Origin: a virus
Taxonomy: Duplodnaviria > Caudoviricetes
Reading direction: 5' to 3' (one strand)
IMG/VR virus record: IMGVR_UViG_3300046806_000035
Coordinates: 1-33,766 of that record
DNA length: 33,766 nt
Shown: positions 27,047 through 33,766 of the stretch, piece after piece
How positions within the stretch are numbered: the first letter of the stretch is position 1
Layout of the letters: the number at the start of each line of letters is the position of its first letter
Program-made: the position numbers and the translations under genes
The notes under the pieces: model-generated
Told to the model about the DNA's origin: nothing
The model's input: the letters and a program-made list of their open reading frames with translations, nothing else
Database searches by the model: none

Positions 27047-28381
27047 ATGACAGATAGTTTTGAAGAAAACTTAGGAAAGAATACATATATAACTCTTGCT
27101 CAAGTTAAGGATTATTTAAGCATTTCTAGCAATACTCAAGATGCTAGACTGTCTAATATTATCTCCTACGCTAGTGGAGTTATAGAACACTATATAGGTC
27201 AAGAAATCTTGGCTAATGATTACGTTGAAATATTTGATGGCGGTGTATCTTCTGTTTTTGTGAGCAGACTGCCTCTTACTAGCGTATATCAAGTATCAGA
27301 ATTTAATGGTGTAGAGAATGTTCTGCTAGCAGACCCAGCAGTTAACGGTGCTCCTGTTTATACTAACAGTAAGAGCGTATCTTTTATTGCAAGCGGCACA
27401 GCTAAAAATACAACAAAAGTTAAACGTTTTGGAAAATCCTCTCTAGAAGTAGATGAAGTGAGTTATATTAGCTCTGATACAGTTCCAGAAGAGCTACAAC
27501 TTGGTAAGTCTGACTTTACTGTAGAAATGTATGTAAAAGTAGATGAACCATTTTTAAGAGATAATGTACTATTTGAAATATCTACAGATAGTTCTAACTA
27601 CATGCGTTTCAGCTTAGCTAACCAATACGGTTTAGCTTTTACTTCTAACGTATCTGGTTCTACTACTACAGTTACTGGCGCCAATACAAGCATCGAAGCA
27701 CAACAATTTACAAAGAAACGTTGGGCACATGTAGCTGTATCAAGAAATTACGAAACTGAAAGATTATATCTGCACTATAATGGTATTCAAATAGCTAATA
27801 GTTCTTATACTGTTGATTCTCTAGCCTTTACAAACAGTATAACTCTAGGACGTACTCTCAAAGGATATATTGATGAAGTACGTGTATCTACTGTTCAAAG
27901 ATATACTAATGCTTTTACTCCGCCAACTTTTAGGTTCCGTACAGATACGGACACTGCTATGTTAGTGCACTTTGATGAAAAGAATAATTCCACCCAATTT
28001 AAGGATGTTCACTCTAAGCCTGCAGAGTATAACTTTGCTAAAGATACCGGCGAGGTAACAAAAGATACTGGAAGTGCTGGAGTAACTGGTAATTTTACTT
28101 CTATTAGAAAATCCTACCCAGCCATGACTCTTTACGGTCCGCAAGCTTTTCAACCATTTCCTAGCGCTGTAGAAGTTACTTATAGAGCCGGGTATGAGGT
28201 CGGTAGTGTACCACTTGACCTACAAGTCGCTACGTTAGACTATATTAAGCTTCTGTATAAACAAGACCAGGAAAAGAAAGGTTTTAGCTTTGAAGGCGAG
28301 CGCGGAGACCAGTTCCCTCTTGCTGGTAATTTCCCTCCACATATTCGTCGTATTCTAGACCTTTATAGGATTATTGACTAA
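27047..28381 (+). CDS. head completion protein (T5 p144-like) with inserted LamG/ConA-like domain
   Basis: N-terminal YITLAQVKDYL..DARL..IEHYIG and C-terminal VTYRAGY..VPLDLQVA..FPPHIRRILDLYR flank DFTVE..WAHVAVSR..GYIDEVRVS..LVHFD. Confidence 0.8.
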   Translation: MTDSFEENLGKNTYITLAQVKDYLSISSNTQDARLSNIISYASGVIEHYIGQEILANDYVEIFDGGVSSVFVSRLPLTSVYQVSEFNGVENVLLADPAVNGAPVYTNSKSVSFIASGTAKNTTKVKRFGKSSLEVDEVSYISSDTVPEELQLGKSDFTVEMYVKVDEPFLRDNVLFEISTDSSNYMRFSLANQYGLAFTSNVSGSTTTVTGANTSIEAQQFTKKRWAHVAVSRNYETERLYLHYNGIQIANSSYTVDSLAFTNSITLGRTLKGYIDEVRVSTVQRYTNAFTPPTFRFRTDTDTAMLVHFDEKNNSTQFKDVHSKPAEYNFAKDTGEVTKDTGSAGVTGNFTSIRKSYPAMTLYGPQAFQPFPSAVEVTYRAGYEVGSVPLDLQVATLDYIKLLYKQDQEKKGFSFEGERGDQFPLAGNFPPHIRRILDLYRIID

Positions 28382-29724
28382 TGGCTAATATAAGACTTGT
28401 TAACACTAGAGTTACTATTGACGGTAAAACCGTAGAGAAATATGTAGCTGAGCAACGTGCAAGTATTAATGCGTCTAAAAAAGGCGATGCAAAAGCAAGA
28501 ACAGTAGTACTGAAGTACTTTTCGGATTTTATATCTCAACAAGGATTACTAAAAGCAGCAACAGCCTCTGGTAATTTTGAAAAAGCTACTGCAAGACCTG
28601 ACATACAAGGAAGTTTAGAAGCTTTTAGGCAAACTTTCGGTGTTGACGTTACACCAACACAAGTACCAGGAAGAACTGCTGAGGCATTTGCTGAACTTAA
28701 ACAAAGAACTAGTGCAGATAGAGCTGTTACGTTAACATCAATTCAACTAGGAGGTTCCAACTTACAGGCTTTTACTAGTAAATTCGGGTTAACTGAGTCT
28801 ACTAATGAATCTGGAGAAGCAACTTTTATAGGACAAAGAGTCGACACCATACCTAAAGCTCAACTTATAGAATTAATAACTTCAGATAAACAATTAGAAG
28901 CAGCGATAGTTTTAACTATAAAACAAAAATTTGAAAATTTTATAGTAATAGATTATTTAGATAAGGCACATAATAATAAACCAACTGTAAAAATATTAGC
29001 CAATGCGAATGAATTACTTAATCTAACTAGCATTACTTCAGACTCAATTGATATAACCGCTAGAGTAGTAAAAAGTAGTAATAAATCCAAAGCATATATT
29101 AAGTTAGAATTTAAACTATCTGATAAAGCTTATGCACTATTTGTAAAAAAAGCTACAGACGCTACTATAGCTTTTCATAATTCACTAAGTAAGAACGTAT
29201 CTACGAATTTTATTAAATACGCTATTAAGCAATTTTCTTCAGGTTCTGCTAAAACTGATGTAAATATCTTCTTAAAAGAACTTTTATCTATTGCTATTGA
29301 ATTTGAAAAAGGTAGCGATACTCCTATTGAGTACGAAAGCAACATACCAAAACAAATACAAGGAACAAGTAGTCTTGGTATTAATTATAGTGGGCTAAAA
29401 ACTGCTAAAAAGGAATCCAAACAATCATTTATATCAGGTGTTCAATGGACAGTTTTAACTCAAAAACGTCTAGGAGAAACTATGTTGAACCTTGGTGAGC
29501 CGGAGCCTCCAGATCTAAAAGAGCGTAGTGGCAGATTCAGAAGCAGCGTTCAGGTTTTTGCAAACTATAGAACTAGTACGCTACAGTACATCTATAACCC
29601 TCTATATAGTTCACTACATAAATATGGTTATAGACCTGACTTACAAGTAGAAACTGCTATTCGCGAAGTAGCACAATCATTATATGCACAAAAATTTAAT
29701 ATAGTTAGAGGTAATAAGGTATGA
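28381..29724 (+). CDS. tail completion protein (T5 p143-like), N-terminally enlarged
   Basis: Synteny, plus C-terminal LKERSGRFRSSV..YIYNPLY..IREVAQ. Confidence 0.6.
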   Translation: MANIRLVNTRVTIDGKTVEKYVAEQRASINASKKGDAKARTVVLKYFSDFISQQGLLKAATASGNFEKATARPDIQGSLEAFRQTFGVDVTPTQVPGRTAEAFAELKQRTSADRAVTLTSIQLGGSNLQAFTSKFGLTESTNESGEATFIGQRVDTIPKAQLIELITSDKQLEAAIVLTIKQKFENFIVIDYLDKAHNNKPTVKILANANELLNLTSITSDSIDITARVVKSSNKSKAYIKLEFKLSDKAYALFVKKATDATIAFHNSLSKNVSTNFIKYAIKQFSSGSAKTDVNIFLKELLSIAIEFEKGSDTPIEYESNIPKQIQGTSSLGINYSGLKTAKKESKQSFISGVQWTVLTQKRLGETMLNLGEPEPPDLKERSGRFRSSVQVFANYRTSTLQYIYNPLYSSLHKYGYRPDLQVETAIREVAQSLYAQKFNIVRGNKV

Positions 29725-30176
29725 TTTTTAATAGACGTACAGAAATTATAGACTTTCTTGTAACTAACTTAAAAGATATTAATGGCGGTACATCCAGTTA
29801 TGATAATTCTTATCAATACAAACACAACGTTTTTAATAACGTATTTCGCAAAATAAAATTTCTAGACGAAGTAAATGATTTTCCATCAATCTACTTATCG
29901 GCTGGAACCGAAATTAGAAATTTTCAATCAGAAAATTTGACGGTAGCTACATTAAACGTTATCATAAGAGCATACGTATATGGAGAAGATAATTCTCAAA
30001 CTGCAGCAGATAACCTAGCTGAAGATATTGAGCATGTTATATATAGCATAGGCGATGAACCTGAAAAAGGAATATTAGATATAACTATAGAAAATATTTC
30101 GGCTGATGAAGGTTTAGCGTTTCCTTATGGTATAACAGAATTAGAATTATCAGTAGTCTATAGACTAGAATATTAA
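29721..30176 (+). CDS. tail terminator protein (T5 p142-like)
   Basis: Directly upstream of the tail tube gene; FP..E.R and DEGL..PYG motifs. Confidence 0.8.
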   Translation: MIFNRRTEIIDFLVTNLKDINGGTSSYDNSYQYKHNVFNNVFRKIKFLDEVNDFPSIYLSAGTEIRNFQSENLTVATLNVIIRAYVYGEDNSQTAADNLAEDIEHVIYSIGDEPEKGILDITIENISADEGLAFPYGITELELSVVYRLEY

Positions 30177-30188
30177 GGAGAATAAAAT

Positions 30189-31460
30189 ATGACATCTCTT
30201 AATCTACAAAGAAATTCAGAGGTTTTCTTTTCTACTGTTGACCTAGCCAACGGCGCAGCCGCGTCAACAATGACCCCAGCTAATACTTGGAAACTAGAGG
30301 TGTTAGCAGGTTTTGCAGTTAGCGCCTCTTCAGCGACTCAAGACATTACTTCCCTAGAATCTGGTACTAACCCAGATCGTTCACAACAACGTTTTAATAC
30401 TGCCATCAACCCAGTTGAGTGGAACTTCCAAGTTTATCTACGACCAACAGGTGTAGAAACTGGTGCTGCTGTTGGTACTAGTAACGCTGCTACTAATAAT
30501 AGTGGAAACGTTAAGCCAACTGCTGACTGGTTCATGTGGCAGTCATTAGTATCTAATACTCGTCCAGCTAATGGTACTGCAGAACAGTCTGTATGGGCTA
30601 CTGGAGGCGCATTACTAACTACTAACGTAGCCGCAGGAGTAGGGTCTCACAGCTCACGCTCTAACTTCTCTACAGCTTCAGAAAATCAACTATACTTTAA
30701 ACTAGATAACGTTATTTATCAGGTACTTAATGCTACTGTTAATCAAGCTACTGTCGATGCAGGCATTGAAGAAATTGCTACTGTAACTTGGACTGGTAAC
30801 GGTACAGTTATGAGAGAACTAACTGGTACAACTCGTAATAACGCAGTCGCAGTTTTTGGTGGTGTTCTTAATGATGGTACTACTGTTAATGCTAACTCAA
30901 ACGTTGTTGCGCTAAGCCGTGGTGCTTCTTATCACCCATACAACCAAATGAACGTAGCGGGTGCTGTAGCAACTAACTCTTTCATTAAAAATAGACTAAG
31001 TTCTATTACGCTAAACCACTCCGCAGCTGCTGGTGCAACTGCTAATAGCTATACATTCCCAGTAACAGCTCTTACACTAGACTACACTAACAATATTACA
31101 TACTTAACTCCAGAAGAACTAAGTGCCCTAAACGAGCCAATTGGTCAATTTACAGGTACTCGTGCTATCACTGGCTCTGCTACTATGTATCTGCGTGCGG
31201 GTAACAACCAATCTGCACAGTTCCTACGTAACATTGCGCAAGATTCTCGTACATCTTCTGCACAAACTGCTAATGCAAACTTAGTTATTGGTGGTACTAC
31301 TGCTCCTTATGTAGCATTCTTTATGCCAGCAGTTCAGTTTGAATTCCCGCAGGTAGCCGTAGAGGATGTACTATCTGTTAGTGTGAACTTCATGGCTCAA
31401 GAACCTACTGCAACTAAGGGTCAGGGCGGTGAACTATCTATTATTGTAGATAAAGTCTAA
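30189..31460 (+). CDS. major tail tube protein (T5 pb6-like)
   Basis: AAGGAG SD, synteny, motifs L.RN..VF.S, FNTAINPVEWNF..Y.RP, NNITYLTPE, FTGTRAITGS...YL. Confidence 0.9.
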   Translation: MTSLNLQRNSEVFFSTVDLANGAAASTMTPANTWKLEVLAGFAVSASSATQDITSLESGTNPDRSQQRFNTAINPVEWNFQVYLRPTGVETGAAVGTSNAATNNSGNVKPTADWFMWQSLVSNTRPANGTAEQSVWATGGALLTTNVAAGVGSHSSRSNFSTASENQLYFKLDNVIYQVLNATVNQATVDAGIEEIATVTWTGNGTVMRELTGTTRNNAVAVFGGVLNDGTTVNANSNVVALSRGASYHPYNQMNVAGAVATNSFIKNRLSSITLNHSAAAGATANSYTFPVTALTLDYTNNITYLTPEELSALNEPIGQFTGTRAITGSATMYLRAGNNQSAQFLRNIAQDSRTSSAQTANANLVIGGTTAPYVAFFMPAVQFEFPQVAVEDVLSVSVNFMAQEPTATKGQGGELSIIVDKV

Positions 31461-31478
31461 AAACAATTAAACTATTTC

Positions 31479-31583
31479 TGAGGGGAAATATTTAATGATT
31501 CAACCAGAGAGCGTCTATCGGCTTGCGAAACAAGGTTTCCCCTCACCTTGCTCAGCAGATTCCCCGATGGGCGCTCACTTTTA
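31479..31583 (+). ncRNA. candidate structured cis-RNA (nested stems plus pseudoknot pairing)
   Basis: 13-bp stem 31509-31521/31564-31576, inner stem 31531-31536/31545-31550, and 31536-31545 perfectly complementary to 31479-31488. Confidence 0.55.
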
Positions 31584-31597
31584 TAAAGAGGGTACTA

Positions 31598-32029
31598 ATG
31601 AGTAAACTAAAATCTATGATGGTCAAAGACACTTCTACTTGGGTAGAATTTCCAGATATTGCTGGGTTTAAAGTCAACCTACGTTTTGTGTCACGCGAAG
31701 ACCTATTGAAAATTCGCAGCGCTAGTTTAGCATATAAGTTTAATAAGCGAACTCGTCAACGCGAAGAAGAAGTTGACAGCGCTAAGTTCTTAGAGAACTA
31801 CGCTGAGCGCGCAATTGCAGGATGGACAGGTCTTAAAGTCAAGCATCTACCATCACTACTGCCAGTTGACATTTCTGGTATGAATCCAGAAGAAGCTGTG
31901 GACTTTACAGAAGAAGATGCAATTGAGTTACTAAAGAATTCACCTGTATTCGATCAGTTTGTAACTGATACTCTAAACGACTTTGAACAATTTTCGCTTA
32001 AGAAAAAAGAAGATACAGTAAAAAACTAA
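31598..32029 (+). CDS. tail assembly chaperone (gpG analog)
   Basis: GAGGG SD before ATG 31598. Lies between tube and tape measure genes; WVEFPD..GF.V.L and GWTGLK motifs. Confidence 0.8.
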   Translation: MSKLKSMMVKDTSTWVEFPDIAGFKVNLRFVSREDLLKIRSASLAYKFNKRTRQREEEVDSAKFLENYAERAIAGWTGLKVKHLPSLLPVDISGMNPEEAVDFTEEDAIELLKNSPVFDQFVTDTLNDFEQFSLKKKEDTVKN

Positions 32030-32067
32030 CAGAATACCTCCGCCAAACTCTAAATGGCGGAGGTGTT
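32020..32067 (+). other. programmed -1 frameshift signal
   Basis: A_AAA_AAC (32020-32026) immediately before TAA, followed by hairpin ACCTCCGCCA/TGGCGGAGGT. The -1 frame is open into 32089-32394. Confidence 0.85.
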
Positions 32068-32394
32068 ACCACAGAACAGTACTTAGCTATGTGTGAGCAG
32101 ATGGGTTGGGAACCTTCAGACGAAGAGATGCCTCTAGACCCATCTTTCTTAGATATAAGCGCTCAATATGCGTTAATATTACTTAACGTGCTTCCTGATA
32201 AATGGGAAGGTATGAGTGGTTCTTGGATGGGAAAAGACTATAGCGGATTAGCCGCTATAATGGATATATACGAGATAGAAGATAGACGAGAGGTTTTTGA
32301 ACTACTAAAAATTGCTGAAGACGAATTAGGCAAGTATTATAGACAAAAGCAAAAAGAACAAGAAAGTTTAGCTAAAGCAAAGAGAGCAAAGTAA
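32026..32394 (+). CDS. tail assembly chaperone frameshift extension (gpT analog)
   Basis: The -1 frame reads LTEYLRQTLNGGGVTTEQYLAMCEQMGWEP... with no stop up to 32394. Confidence 0.8.
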   Translation, partial: LTEYLRQTLNGGGVTTEQYLAMCEQMGWEPSDEEMPLDPSFLDISAQYALILLNVLPDKWEGMSGSWMGKDYSGLAAIMDIYEIEDRREVFELLKIAEDELGKYYRQKQKEQESLAKAKRAK

Positions 32395-33766
32395 GTGGCA
32401 ACTATTAGTAATATTATAAATACTATATTCACTTCTACAGGAGCGTCTGACGTAGCCGGAGAGGCTGAACGTGTTAGTAGGTCGCAAACTAGGCTAGGAC
32501 AGGCAAGTGCAAGTGCTGGCAGACAATTTGCTGCACAAGCTAGTGGTCTTGGTGGTTTAGTAGGTGCATATGCAGGTGCTGCTGCTACTGTCTTTGCTTT
32601 ACAGGCTGCTTTCACAGCACTGGCTAATGCAGCTCGTGCTTCACAAACTTTTGAAGGATTAAACACTCTAGCTTCAAATATAGGAGCTAACGGTACTCAA
32701 CTACTTAGCAGTGTTAGAGAGCTAACTAATAATCAGCTTACTTTATCTGAAGCGGCTTCTCAAATCAACTTGTCTCTAAGTGCTGGTTTTAATACAAGTC
32801 AAATAGAAGGTTTATCAGAAGTTGCTTTAAAAGCTTCTCGCGCATTAGGCCGTGACTTAACTGACTCTATGACTCGCGTAGTTCGTGGTTCAGCAAAAAT
32901 GGAAACAGAACTTTTAGATGAACTTGGTATTTATACAAAAATAGAACCAGCCACTCGTGCATATGCCGCTGCTATAGGTAAGTCGGTAGGAGATTTATCA
33001 GAATTCGAACGGCGTCAAGCTTTTGCTAATGCCGTTATTGCTGAAGGTCAACGCAAGTTTGCCTCTATAAATACTACTATACCTACTACTGCTGAAACCA
33101 TTGAAGCTTTTGGTGTAAAAATACAAGACTTAACAATGAAGTTGGGTATACTATTAGCTGAAGCACTAGCTCCATTAGCAAATTTTCTAACAAATAATGC
33201 TGCTGCGGCTTTTGCAGCTTTAGGTATTGCAATATCCCTAGCTGCTGGTAAGGGTATTCAAGTTTTATCTGCTGGTTTGCAGTCTATAAATACAGCTATA
33301 GTTAATGCTGGCTTAGGTGCAGAAAATTTTGTTAGAAAAATAACAGGTATTCAGGGAGCAGCGACTACTGCTTCTAATGCTATTAAAACTTTAACTGCTG
33401 ATACTCTTAGATTAAATGATGCTGAAAAAGCTCGTATAGCCTCTATACAAACTGCTGCTGCATCTAGAAACTTATCTAAATCAGAAATTAAAGAAAGTAA
33501 TGCTCTTATTAGAAAAAGTATAACAGTGTTAAACGCAGAAAGAGCTGCAGAAGAGACTAGAAGAAACACTGCTATGGCCTCACTAAATGCTAGTAGAGCT
33601 AACGTAGATGCTAAAAGAGCAGATTTTGAAGCTGCTCGCACTAATCTGAGAACTTTACAACAACAAGGAGCTAATACTGCTGCTCTTACAGCTGCACAAG
33701 GTCAGTTAGCTAGTGCGCAAGGACGCCTAGGTGCCGCTACTGCTGCGTTTAATAACGTACAAGGAG
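32395..33766 (+). CDS. tape measure protein (T5 pb2-like), 5' part, truncated by the window end
   Basis: GTG start directly after TAA. Hand translation MATISNIINTIFTSTG...LVGAYAGAAATVFALQAAF...ASRALGRDLTDSMTRVVRGSAKMETELLDELGI; Ala-rich and helical. Absent from the ORF track, presumably because no stop falls in the window. Confidence 0.9.
   Translation, partial: MATISNIINTIFTSTGASDVAGEAERVSRSQTRLGQASASAGRQFAAQASGLGGLVGAYAGAAATVFALQAAFTALANAARASQTFEGLNTLASNIGANGTQLLSSVRELTNNQLTLSEAASQINLSLSAGFNTSQIEGLSEVALKASRALGRDLTDSMTRVVRGSAKMETELLDELGIYTKIEPATRAYAAAIGKSVGDLSEFERRQAFANAVIAEGQRKFASINTTIPTTAETIEAFGVKIQDLTMKLGILLAEALAPLANFLTNNAAAAFAALGIAISLAAGKGIQVLSAGLQSINTAIVNAGLGAENFVRKITGIQGAATTASNAIKTLTADTLRLNDAEKARIASIQTAAASRNLSKSEIKESNALIRKSITVLNAERAAEETRRNTAMASLNASRANVDAKRADFEAARTNLRTLQQQGANTAALTAAQGQLASAQGRLGAATAAFNNVQG

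Noticed and set aside
31479-31576. Hammerhead ribozyme (CTGA...CGAAAC look-alike)
   Set aside because: It lacks the CUGANGA core and the required three-stem arrangement; kept only as an unclassified structured element.
32337-33641. Minus-strand Ala-rich ORFs at 32337-32666 and 33351-33641
   Set aside because: They are antisense to the tape measure gene, which is well supported on the + strand.

Overview
This window is the morphogenesis (late) region of an AT-rich, T5-like (Demerecviridae-related) siphophage, with every supported gene on the + strand. The right half (21.4-33.8 kb) follows the T5 order: TerL, HNH nicking endonuclease, portal, prohead protease fused in frame to the major capsid protein, head completion, tail completion, tail terminator, tail tube, tail chaperones joined by a -1 frameshift, and the start of the tape measure gene (missing from the ORF track). 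The left half (0.1-21 kb) surrounds TerS and separates it from TerL by about 18.4 kb. It holds two extra tail-terminator paralogs, a second tail-tube paralog, a mosaic tail fibre, a Pro-poor Thr/Ser-rich collagen-like fibre with candidate base, adaptor and tip proteins, and two multidomain glycosyltransferase/methyltransferase genes. The best candidate for an undescribed system is a modular appendage kit. Four times, a protein carrying a short peptide repeated three or four times is encoded next to a fibre-like partner, suggesting repeat-peptide docking of trimeric fibres, and the collagen fibre is probably glycosylated by the neighbouring enzymes. Non-coding highlights are promoters whose -10 box sits in a dyad symmetry and a pseudoknot-like RNA element between the tail tube and chaperone genes. 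All family calls come from motif recognition and by-eye alignment; no database search was run.
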